The notes under the pieces were generated by a model, which saw only the letters and a program-made list of their open reading frames with translations, was not told the DNA's origin and made no database searches. A stretch of DNA of 64,000 nt, taken from contig CACJEE010000001.1 of NCBI GenBank assembly GCA_902592345.1, positions 46,038-110,037 of the forward strand, read 5' to 3'. Position numbers and translations under genes: made by a program. This DNA is from an uncultured Alphaproteobacteria bacterium (lineage in GTDB: Bacteria; Pseudomonadota; Alphaproteobacteria; HIMB59; GCA-002718135). Within the stretch, counting starts at the first letter, position 1. Each line of letters opens with the position of its first letter. Below are positions 45,421 through 54,590 of this stretch, in pieces.

Positions 45421-46504
45421 TTATAACCTTTTTTTTATTTTTTTTGTTTTGCCCCATAGATTTAATCATAATTTGTTGAAATGCGCGAATACTATTTTCC
45501 CAATGAGGGGATAATAATCCACCATTTTTAGACACGGGGGATGATCTACCTAACTGAAGCCTCTCACATATCTCATGATCTTCTTTATGAACTTTCCACC
45601 AAAGATCCTTAACACTTTTGATTTGATTTTTTGTAAGGTTATTACCTTCAGTAGTATAAATAATTCTTTTTTGATGAGTAATGCCGGGTTCAACTGGTAG
45701 ATTTAAATGAACACCTATTTGTCCAGGATAATATGTCCCTATAATAAAATTTGGAAATAAAGACAAATATTTTGAACTTACCGCCAAGCTGTCTGCAGAA
45801 GTGTTTTCATTTTTTAAATCAACAGCACTTCCATAACATCTTCCATCAACTAAAGTATAATGATCTTTAAGAGGTTGACTTGTAGTTGTTTTATGCACAA
45901 ATTGAACGTGATAAGGCTCTATAAAATTTTCAATTAAAAATTTCCAATTTGTATATACTTTTCCAAAGTCTAATGTTGCAACTTGTTTTATTTTTTTTAA
46001 ATTAAAATCTTTAAGTTGCTTAATTAATGGTGAGGCATATTTTTCAAACGGCAATGCATTGTTATTTAAATTGATAAAAATCCAATCATTCCAGATTTTA
46101 ATTCTTATAGATTTTAGTCCATTATCTTCATTTTTAAAACCTTTTGGTGTATGATTATTAGTTCCTCCAAAGTGAGGCGCTCTAATCAGATTGCCATTTA
46201 AGTCATAGAGCCAGGCATGATACGGACAGTTTATATATTTTCCAAGATTCTTATTTTCATCAACTAATTTTAAACATCGATGACTGCATACATTGTGGAA
46301 GGCGACAATTTCATTTTCATTATTTTTTAAAATTAGAATTGGTTTATGGGCAATAGTTAGAGTGACAGCATCGCCAACAGATTTTAGTTCATGAGCAAAA
46401 CCAACAAACATCCAATTATCAGAAAATACTGTTTCGCCTTCTTTTATCCAAAAATCATTATCAGTATAAGATTCTGATGGCAGTCCTCTAAAAATAGTGC
46501 TCAA
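45410..46504 (-). CDS. Rieske [2Fe-2S] non-haem-iron oxygenase, alpha-subunit-like (quaternary-amine/choline-monooxygenase-like group)
   Basis: 364 aa with Rieske motif CSHRCLKL...CPYHAW. The catalytic domain has EPYHVQFVH. No reductase or beta subunit is nearby. Confidence 0.8.
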   Translation of the reverse strand: MSTIFRGLPSESYTDNDFWIKEGETVFSDNWMFVGFAHELKSVGDAVTLTIAHKPILILKNNENEIVAFHNVCSHRCLKLVDENKNLGKYINCPYHAWLYDLNGNLIRAPHFGGTNNHTPKGFKNEDNGLKSIRIKIWNDWIFINLNNNALPFEKYASPLIKQLKDFNLKKIKQVATLDFGKVYTNWKFLIENFIEPYHVQFVHKTTTSQPLKDHYTLVDGRCYGSAVDLKNENTSADSLAVSSKYLSLFPNFIIGTYYPGQIGVHLNLPVEPGITHQKRIIYTTEGNNLTKNQIKSVKDLWWKVHKEDHEICERLQLGRSSPVSKNGGLLSPHWENSIRAFQQIMIKSMGQNKKNKKKVINDR

Positions 46505-46706
46505 TTTATTCTCAAATGTTAAAAATTATTATGATTAATTTTGAAAATCTTATCATTATCAACAAAAAAAAACTATAAAATTAGTGCGTTTACTAAAAAG
46601 TATTACTGACTATATATTCAATTTCTCCACATCTACTTACGTAGCTCAAATATTAATGAATGCCATTCTAAGTCTTTTCAATTATAAAAAATAAATTTTA
46701 AAATAT

Positions 46707-47801
46707 ATGACTAGAGCTAAAATAGATAAGAATAATTGCTTAGTTATTTATGAGGATCAATTCAGCAATTATCATTTACACCCTTTGTGGCTACGTGAGA
46801 GATTAACTGACCCTGATTTTTTGGATAGTAATAATTATCAAAGGTTATATGAGCCATCTTTAATAACTCAAAATATAAAAATCAAAAATTTTTAAATAGA
46901 GAAAGAAATTTTAAAAATAAAGTTCTCAGATGGGGTAGAAGGATCATTTTCTTTAAATGTCTTAATAAGTGAATTAAAGCAAAAAGATATAATTCCTGAA
47001 AAAAAACCTTGGAAAAATGAATTTGAAAATTTACCAATTTATGATTTTAAATCTTTGAATGAAGCTGAAGTTTTTCTAAATTTACTTTCTGACTTCCAAG
47101 AATTGGGTTTTGTAATAGTTAAAAATACATCAGCAGAAGAGGGGACAGTTATAAAATTTGCTGAAATGTTTGGCCCTATTAGAACAACAAATTTTGGTAA
47201 GCATTTTGATGTGGTGTCAAAACCACAAGCTAATGATTTAGCTTATACAAGTCTAGGCATTAAGGCTCACACAGATAATCCTTATAGAAAACCTATGCCA
47301 GGAATTCAAATATTGCATTGTATATCTAATGAAGCAAAAGGTGGAGATTCATCTTTGGTTGATGGGTATGCAGTTGCTGAATATTTAAAGATAAATGAGC
47401 CGGAAATGTTTGAAATTCTAACAACTACAGATGTATTATTTAAATTTGTTGATAAGGATATTATTCTTGAGAATTACGGTAAGTTGATTGAGCTTGATCA
47501 TAATGGAAAATATTTACAAAGTAGGTTTAGTGGTAGACTTGATTATGTTCCATATTTAGACCCGTTACAGTTAAAAAAATTTTATGCAGCTCGAAAAAAA
47601 CTCTTTCATTTATATGAATCAGAAGAGTTTGAATTAAACTTTCGTTTAGATAGTGGTATGCTGATGATGTTTGATAACATCCGAGTTTTGCATGGAAGAA
47701 CTGAATATGATGTTAATACAGGTTTTAGACATCTGCAAGGTTGTTATATTGATCACGACTCAACAGAGGGTAAGTTGAGAAGATTAAAGTCTAATTTGTA
47801 A
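46707..47801 (+). pseudogene. gamma-butyrobetaine hydroxylase/TauD-family Fe(II)/2-oxoglutarate dioxygenase interrupted by one in-frame TAA
   Basis: ORFs 46707..46895 and 47055..47801 are in the same frame. The translation reads through as ...IKIKNF*IEKEILKIKFSDG... with no other stop. The N-terminal DUF971-like domain and HTDNPY...GGDSSLVDG...FDNIRVLHGR motifs are intact. Confidence 0.75.
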
Positions 47802-47803
47802 AT

Positions 47804-48976
47804 TTATTTTATTATTGGAATTTCTTTTGGGGCTCTTTTAGTAATTAATTCAGCTCCATCTTCATTAATTATAATATTCTCTTCATGTACAATCATTTTA
47901 CCAGGAGCATATTCCAAGCCAGGCTCAATAGTTAAAACCATATTTTCTTTTATTACTGTTTTATCTTCAGCTCGATGTGACGGCGGTTCAGTTAATTGTA
48001 AGCCAAGTCCATGTCCCAATCTACCTACATTATTTCCTGCAACACTCATTTCACTAATAACTTTATTCATTGCGTTAAATACATCAAAAGTAGTAGCTCC
48101 TGGAATTGCAGCATTAATACCTATTTCTGTAGCTTGCCATAAAACTTCATATATTTTTTCTACTTCACTACTAGCTTTTCCAAATGCAAAATTTCTATCA
48201 AAATCACAAAAATATCCATCATATGTAGAGCCAGTATCTATAAAGAGAATATCGCCATCATTTAATGTGCGATTTGTTGGACCGCAGACAATTTGTGATA
48301 CACCTCCTACACCAGATATACCTGGCATAAACGGAACACTGTCAGCTCCTCTATTAAGTATATCAATTTTTAATTTATTAACTGCCTCTCTTTCAGTATC
48401 CCCTATAGCAAGTTTTGATGGCAGAGAATTATAAGCATCACTTGCAATCGAACAAATAAATTTAATTCTTTTAATTTCTTCTTCCGTTTTAATCATTCGG
48501 ATATCCCAAATCGCATCAGAGCCATCAACAAGATTAATATTAACTGTTTCCTTTAATTTAAAAAGATCTCTAACAGGCATCCTTATAGTCATTTCTTTCC
48601 CAAACTCTGCTCCAATTTGACCAAAAGTTTTTTTAATATTTTCTAAAGTTGATTTTAATAGAGTAATTCCCTCATCTTCAGGTCGAGGTGAGGGCCAGGA
48701 CTTGATTTCATCTAGCCATGTTTTTTGAAATTCAGACTCACCAATTTCTGGAACAATTGCAATGGGTTTACCTGATAGCGGAACAACAACAAACCAAGGT
48801 CGTGTTGGGCTCTCCCAAAATTGAGAGTCATATCCAGTAAAATATCTAATATTTTGTGGGGTAGTTAATAAGATACCATCTAACTGATAATTATGCATGA
48901 TTTTTTGAGCTTGAATTAGGCGTTTTTCAAATTCTTTATTTGAAAAACCTCTTTCATTATCGAGCTTACTGTTCAT
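47804..48976 (-). CDS. M24-family hydrolase with creatinase-type N-domain (Xaa-Pro peptidase/creatinase/ectoine-hydrolase-like)
   Basis: 390 aa. The metal-ligand pattern is DTGSTYDGYFCDFDRN, HGLG, EPG, EE. The N-terminal creatinase-like domain reads LDGILLTTPQNIRYFTGY. Confidence 0.8.
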   Translation of the reverse strand: MNSKLDNERGFSNKEFEKRLIQAQKIMHNYQLDGILLTTPQNIRYFTGYDSQFWESPTRPWFVVVPLSGKPIAIVPEIGESEFQKTWLDEIKSWPSPRPEDEGITLLKSTLENIKKTFGQIGAEFGKEMTIRMPVRDLFKLKETVNINLVDGSDAIWDIRMIKTEEEIKRIKFICSIASDAYNSLPSKLAIGDTEREAVNKLKIDILNRGADSVPFMPGISGVGGVSQIVCGPTNRTLNDGDILFIDTGSTYDGYFCDFDRNFAFGKASSEVEKIYEVLWQATEIGINAAIPGATTFDVFNAMNKVISEMSVAGNNVGRLGHGLGLQLTEPPSHRAEDKTVIKENMVLTIEPGLEYAPGKMIVHEENIIINEDGAELITKRAPKEIPIIK

Positions 48977-48979
48977 TAG

Positions 48980-50455
48980 TTATCGAATGTTAAATGGATC
49001 ACTTAAAGGCTCAGTTGAAGTGCTAATCCACGTAGTTTTTGTATTAGAATAATCCTTCATTACCTCTAATCCTGACTCTCTACCATACCCGCTATTTTTA
49101 AATCCACCAAATGGAGCAACTGGAGAAATTAATCGATAAGTATTAACAAATACAATTCCTGCTTGAACGGCTTTTGATACTCTCATTGCTATTCCATTAT
49201 TCTCAGTAAAAATTCCTGCAGCAAGACCAAAACTATTATCATTCATCAATTTAATTGCATTTTTTTCATCTTTAAATCTCATTACAGATAAAACTGGACC
49301 AAATAATTCATTCTCTGCAACAGGCAAATTATGATTAGCACACTCAATTATTGTAGGCTCAAAATAATAACCATATTTAAATTCACTAACCTTATTTCCT
49401 CCTGTAATTATTTTACCACCTTGTTCTATTGTTTGTTTAATTTTTTCTTCTATATTTTGTAATTGAGTTAAAGTAGCAAGGGGTCCTAGTTGAGTTGTAG
49501 TTGATAAAGGGTCACCAATTTTAATTCCCTCAACTCTACTTTTTAATTCCTCTAAATATTCATTATAAATATCTTCTTGCAAATAAAGTCTGGAACCAGC
49601 AATACAACTTTGACCACTAGCTCCAAATATACTTGCCATAATTCCATTAATTGCATTATCTTTTCGAGCATCTTTAAAAACAACCACTGGACTTTTTCCA
49701 CCAAGTTCTAAAGATATTTGCGATAAATTTTCTGCAGAGTTTCTAACAATATGTTTTGCTGTATGGACACCTCCCGTAAATGCTATTTTATTAATTTTTG
49801 GATGGGAAGTAAGAAACTTACTACAAGTATCTGCAAAACCAGTTATTATATTTACAACACCTTTTGGTAATCCAACTTTATCAATAATTTTAGCAAATTC
49901 TAATAAAGGAGTAGGGGCAATCTCTGATGCCTTAATAATAATAGTATTACCCATTGCTAAGGCTGGAGCAAGTTTGACTGCAGTGAGAAACATTTGTGAA
50001 TTCCAAGGTATTATTGCAGCAACAACTCCAACTGGAACTCTGGTGGTGAATACATGCATATCTTCCTTGTCTATTGGAAGCGTTGAGCCCTCAATTTTGT
50101 CGACTAATCCAGCATAGTAATAATAATATTCAGCGATATAATTTGCCTGAAATTTTGTTTCTTTAAATAATTTTCCAGTATCTTTTGTTTCAATCGTTCC
50201 AAGTAATTCTGCTTTTTCTTTAAGTTGATCTCCAATCGCTCTTAAATATTGTGCTCTTTTACTAGGAAGAATTTTTGACCATTCTCCATAAAAAGCATTA
50301 TGAGCTGATTCTACGGCTAAGTTTACTTCATACTCTTCTGCGAGGGAAATTTCTGCAAATTCGTTTTCAGTTGATGGATCAATAGACTTAAAAGATTTAC
50401 CAGATTTAGATTCCGTGAATTCTCCGTTTATATAATTTTTAAATTTTTGCATCAA
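48980..50455 (-). CDS. NAD(P)+-dependent aldehyde dehydrogenase
   Basis: 491 aa with ELGGKSP and GQSCIAGSR (catalytic Cys) motifs. Confidence 0.9.
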   Translation of the reverse strand: MMQKFKNYINGEFTESKSGKSFKSIDPSTENEFAEISLAEEYEVNLAVESAHNAFYGEWSKILPSKRAQYLRAIGDQLKEKAELLGTIETKDTGKLFKETKFQANYIAEYYYYYAGLVDKIEGSTLPIDKEDMHVFTTRVPVGVVAAIIPWNSQMFLTAVKLAPALAMGNTIIIKASEIAPTPLLEFAKIIDKVGLPKGVVNIITGFADTCSKFLTSHPKINKIAFTGGVHTAKHIVRNSAENLSQISLELGGKSPVVVFKDARKDNAINGIMASIFGASGQSCIAGSRLYLQEDIYNEYLEELKSRVEGIKIGDPLSTTTQLGPLATLTQLQNIEEKIKQTIEQGGKIITGGNKVSEFKYGYYFEPTIIECANHNLPVAENELFGPVLSVMRFKDEKNAIKLMNDNSFGLAAGIFTENNGIAMRVSKAVQAGIVFVNTYRLISPVAPFGGFKNSGYGRESGLEVMKDYSNTKTTWISTSTEPLSDPFNIR

Positions 50456-51519
50456 ACCTCAAATATATTTTTATTATCATAATATTTGTGCATATTTTTT
50501 TGCCATTCATCATAGTTGTTTTTATGTATTAGTGACACTGTAAATCCTCCAAATCCTCCACCGGTTAATCTTGATCCCTCTGCTCCAGATATTTTTGATC
50601 TTTCAACAATCGAATCAACATCTTCAGTTGAGGCTTCAAAATCTTTAGCATATGATTGGTGGCTTTCATTCATTAACTTTCCAAATGATTTAATATCTTT
50701 ATTTAATATATATTTCTTTGCTTCTAGGACCCTAGCATTTTCAGTAATAACATGTCTTGCCCTTTTTAAAATTAATTCATCATTTATTTTATTTTCATCA
50801 AATTGCTCTGGTTTAATTGAACCTAGGTATTCTGTACCAAGATATTCTTCAGCTTTCTTAAGTTGGCTATATCTTTCATTATATGCGCTATCTCTAAGAT
50901 TTCTTTGAACCGCAGAGTCAACTAAGCAAAAAACCCAATTATCTGGAAGATCTATCAATTCAAATTTCAAACTTAAACAATCTAAGAAGAAAGCTTTTCT
51001 ATGAATGCCAATTGAGGAAACCATTTGATCCATGATTCCTCCTGAAACACCTATATAATCGCGTTCAACTTTTTGCGCTAAGATTGCAATATGTTTTTCT
51101 GCGTACTCAGTTTTAAAAAAATTATTTAATGCTTTTAAAATAGCAACGCAAAGAGCTGATGAGGATGAAATACCGCGACCCATTGGAATAGTTGAGGATA
51201 TAAAAATATTTAGATGAGTATTAGGTATATGTTTATTTTCATCGTAAAATACAAATAAACAACCTTTTACATAGTCAACCCATTCATTATTTTGTGACTT
51301 AATAAAGTCAGCAAAATTCATTTGTTCATTAAAATGCTCAGAATAAACTTGATATTGTTGATTCTCGTTTTTCGAAATTTGAATAGTTGTTTTGAAATTC
51401 AGAAGAGATGGTAAAACATAACCTCCTGTATAATCAGTATGTTCGCCAATTAAATTTACTCTTGCATGTGCGCTGTTAACAACTGAAAAATCAGTATGAA
51501 ATATATCTTTAAAACCCAT
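50452..51519 (-). CDS. galK: GHMP kinase, galactokinase-like
   Basis: 355 aa with the galactokinase signature ARVNLIGEHTDYTGG and the GHMP ATP motif PMGRGISSSSAL. 4-nt overlap with the downstream ALDH gene. Confidence 0.75.
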   Translation of the reverse strand: MGFKDIFHTDFSVVNSAHARVNLIGEHTDYTGGYVLPSLLNFKTTIQISKNENQQYQVYSEHFNEQMNFADFIKSQNNEWVDYVKGCLFVFYDENKHIPNTHLNIFISSTIPMGRGISSSSALCVAILKALNNFFKTEYAEKHIAILAQKVERDYIGVSGGIMDQMVSSIGIHRKAFFLDCLSLKFELIDLPDNWVFCLVDSAVQRNLRDSAYNERYSQLKKAEEYLGTEYLGSIKPEQFDENKINDELILKRARHVITENARVLEAKKYILNKDIKSFGKLMNESHQSYAKDFEASTEDVDSIVERSKISGAEGSRLTGGGFGGFTVSLIHKNNYDEWQKNMHKYYDNKNIFEV

Positions 51520-51547
51520 GATAAACTAAATATATAAATTATTGATA

Positions 51548-53410
51548 ATGGAAATACACTTAATTTTTACAAAAAATAATAAATTAAAATTCTCTATTTT
51601 AAATAATCAATATCATCATGGAGATTTTAAAATTTGTTTTTCTCTTGTTTATTCTATTCAAGAAATTGATGGTGGAATAATTTCAAAAAAAGTTGGCAGA
51701 TATTATGAAATTCATTCTGAACAAGATGAAGTAATTTTTACTCTACAGGAACCAAGGATAGGCTCTTATAATCTCTCATGTGGTCCAGAGGGATTATTTG
51801 TTATAGGAAAAAATAATCAAATTATTGAGTGCGAAATTAATTCGCTTGAATTTGAAAATCCTATACCGCAAATTTCATATTCTGATGACTATGATAATAT
51901 ATTTAACCCAGTAATCCCACTTCCTAATATTTTAAAATTAGAAAAAGAAACTATTCAAACTAAAAATTTAAATTTTAAAATATCTCCTAAAGAAAAGGAT
52001 TTTTTTAAAAATTTTGATAATTTATTAAAAGTATCTGACATAAAATTTAATGTATCAACAGGACATTCTATATTTTTTATAAAACAAAATTTAAGATCTG
52101 AAGAATATAAAATTAACATTAAGAAAGATTCAATTTTGATTGAGTATTCTAATTATGGAGGAAAGTTTTATTCAATAATAACTCTGATACAACTTATAAA
52201 TTTTTATAATACAAATTTACCTCTTGGTATAATTGAAGACAGGCCATCTTTAAATTGGAGAGGTATGCATTTAGATTGTGCAAGACAATTTTATTCAATT
52301 GATGAAATAAAAAGACTTATGGACTATATGTGTTTTTTTAAACTAAATCGTTTCCATTGGCACTTAACAGATAATGAAGCTTGGAGAGTTGAATTAGATT
52401 GTTATCCAAATTTAACTAAAGTGGGTGCTTTCAGAGGCTATGATCATACAATTCCACCTTTCTATGGAACTGGTTATAATAAAACTGGAGGTTATTATTC
52501 TCGAAGTCAAATCAATGAGCTAATTGAGTATGCAAGACAAAGAAATATTGAAATCATGCCTGAGATTGATTTACCAGCACATTCTTGGACATTGCTTCAA
52601 GTTATGCCCGAGTTAAGAGACTCAAGCTCTAATATTATTTCAGAGGATGTAGGTAATTATACTGATAATACAATTAATCCTGCAGTAGAAGAGACAAATA
52701 TTTTTTTAAAAAATATTTTGGAAGAATTAAGTGAAATTTTTTTATTTAACATAATTCATGTTGGGGTTGATGAAAGGCCAAAGGAGTCATGGGAAGGATC
52801 ACCTAAAGTAATTGAATATATGAAAAAAAACAACATTGAGTCTTTTGATGAATTGCAAGATGATTATATGAATAATATCATTAGTATTTTAAAAAATTCA
52901 AATAAGCTAACTGCGGCATGGAACGAAGCAGCACTACCTCCTCATAATGATATAGGCTCTGCTGGTAGCGCAGGAAAAGTTGATAAAAATTGCATAATCT
53001 TTGCCTGGGAGCATCCTGATGTCGGATTAATGTCAGCAAAAAAAGGTTTTAAAACAGTTCTTTGTCCAGGTCACAAAACATACTTTGATATGGCTTACAA
53101 TAATTCTACTTTTGAAAGAGGAATTTGTTGGGCTGCCACAATAGAAGTAAAAGAAGTTTTTGATTGGAAGCCTCTTCAAGATTATGAAACTGATGATTTA
53201 AAAAATGTACTAGGTATACAAGGTCAACTTTGGTCAGAAACAATAACAAATAAAGATTATTTTGATAAAATGATTAATCCCCGTCTAGCTGCACTAGCAG
53301 AAATTGCTTGGTGCACAAAAGCAAAAAGATCATGGCCTCAATTTAGATCATCATTATTAAATAATTTAGAATATTTATCAAAATTGGGGTGGAAGTTTCA
53401 TAATTTTTAG
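51548..53410 (+). CDS. GH20 beta-N-acetylhexosaminidase (cytoplasmic, no signal peptide)
   Basis: I take ATG 51548. RGMHLDCARQF...FHWHLTDNEAWR and HVGVDE (catalytic Asp-Glu) motifs are present. Confidence 0.8.
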   Translation: MEIHLIFTKNNKLKFSILNNQYHHGDFKICFSLVYSIQEIDGGIISKKVGRYYEIHSEQDEVIFTLQEPRIGSYNLSCGPEGLFVIGKNNQIIECEINSLEFENPIPQISYSDDYDNIFNPVIPLPNILKLEKETIQTKNLNFKISPKEKDFFKNFDNLLKVSDIKFNVSTGHSIFFIKQNLRSEEYKINIKKDSILIEYSNYGGKFYSIITLIQLINFYNTNLPLGIIEDRPSLNWRGMHLDCARQFYSIDEIKRLMDYMCFFKLNRFHWHLTDNEAWRVELDCYPNLTKVGAFRGYDHTIPPFYGTGYNKTGGYYSRSQINELIEYARQRNIEIMPEIDLPAHSWTLLQVMPELRDSSSNIISEDVGNYTDNTINPAVEETNIFLKNILEELSEIFLFNIIHVGVDERPKESWEGSPKVIEYMKKNNIESFDELQDDYMNNIISILKNSNKLTAAWNEAALPPHNDIGSAGSAGKVDKNCIIFAWEHPDVGLMSAKKGFKTVLCPGHKTYFDMAYNNSTFERGICWAATIEVKEVFDWKPLQDYETDDLKNVLGIQGQLWSETITNKDYFDKMINPRLAALAEIAWCTKAKRSWPQFRSSLLNNLEYLSKLGWKFHNF

Positions 53411-53439
53411 TATTATGATTGTTATTTTAGGATGAAAAA

Positions 53440-54588
53440 ATGAAAATCGGAGCAGTAGGACTAGGAAACAGAATAGCACACGTTTATCATGAATTATCTC
53501 AAATTAATAAAGATGCAGAATTAATTGCGTATGTTGACCCTCTACCAATAGGTAAGGAATATGCAGAAAAAAACAATTTTTTTCCTAGAAAAAATTATTC
53601 CTCATTAAATGAAATGTTATCTAATGAAAAATTAGATCTTTTAATGATAGGTTCCCCAAATCATCTTCATCTAGAACATATAAAAATTGGACTCAATTCA
53701 GGTATTAAAATTTTTGCTGAAAAACCAATTGTTGTTAATGAAAATCAATCTTTTGAATTAGCAAAGTTGTTAGGTGAGTTTGGTGAAGATCAAGTCTTAG
53801 TAGGTTTGGTTTTGAGATATTCCCAGCACGCTAGATCAGTTAGAGATTTAATAAATAAAAATGTTTTGGGCAATATTGTTTCTATTGAAGCTTCAGAACA
53901 TATTATGCCTTGGCATGGTGGTTTTTTTATGCGTAATTGGCGTCGAAAAGAAAAATTTTCTGGCGGATTTATGTTAGAAAAGTGTTGTCATGATATAGAT
54001 TTTTACAACATGATTGCAGGATGTAGAGTTAAAAGAGTAGCGAGTTTTGGAGGCAGAAGTTCATTTATTCCTCAAAATAAACCAAAAGAAAATTTAGAAG
54101 AATATTCAAAATATAATTTATTTGGATGGGAGGCAAAAGAAAATGTATTTGATAGCGATGCTGATATTGTTGATCACCAAGTAGCAATAATTGAATATGA
54201 AAATGGAGCTACTTTAGCTTTTCACACAAACATGCGTGTACCTGATGAGTTTAGACGCTTTGCTGTAATGGGAACAAATGGAATGGTAGAAGGTGATTTT
54301 GTTCGGGGTTTTTTAAAAGCACACGATCAACAAAATAATATTATTTTAGATGAAGATTATGGTGCAGCGTTTGGAATGGTTAAAGGTCATTATGGTGCAG
54401 ATAATCTTATGTTAAAAGATATTAACCAACATTTAATCAATTCTGATAAAATAAATTTACCAGTGGGTGTCAAAGATTGTATTGAAGCAGGTGTTGTTGC
54501 TATGAAGTTAGATGAATCAAGAAAGACAGGTAAAATTATTGATTTAACATCTAGTTGGAATAGGTTAGACAAGGAAATGAAAAAGTAA
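53440..54588 (+). CDS. Gfo/Idh/MocA family oxidoreductase
   Basis: 382 aa with an N-terminal MKIGAVGLGNR Rossmann start and an AEKP motif. Confidence 0.8.
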   Translation: MKIGAVGLGNRIAHVYHELSQINKDAELIAYVDPLPIGKEYAEKNNFFPRKNYSSLNEMLSNEKLDLLMIGSPNHLHLEHIKIGLNSGIKIFAEKPIVVNENQSFELAKLLGEFGEDQVLVGLVLRYSQHARSVRDLINKNVLGNIVSIEASEHIMPWHGGFFMRNWRRKEKFSGGFMLEKCCHDIDFYNMIAGCRVKRVASFGGRSSFIPQNKPKENLEEYSKYNLFGWEAKENVFDSDADIVDHQVAIIEYENGATLAFHTNMRVPDEFRRFAVMGTNGMVEGDFVRGFLKAHDQQNNIILDEDYGAAFGMVKGHYGADNLMLKDINQHLINSDKINLPVGVKDCIEAGVVAMKLDESRKTGKIIDLTSSWNRLDKEMKK

Positions 54589-54590
54589 TA

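Noticed and set aside
46893-46895. Programmed recoding (readthrough or a non-standard amino acid) at the in-frame TAA of the BBOX-like gene
   Set aside because: TAA is not a known Sec/Pyl codon and I see no downstream recoding structure. A nonsense mutation, polymorphism or sequencing error is more parsimonious.
50516-50908. 130-aa plus-strand ORF inside the galK-like gene
   Set aside because: It is antisense to a gene with clear GHMP/galactokinase signatures.
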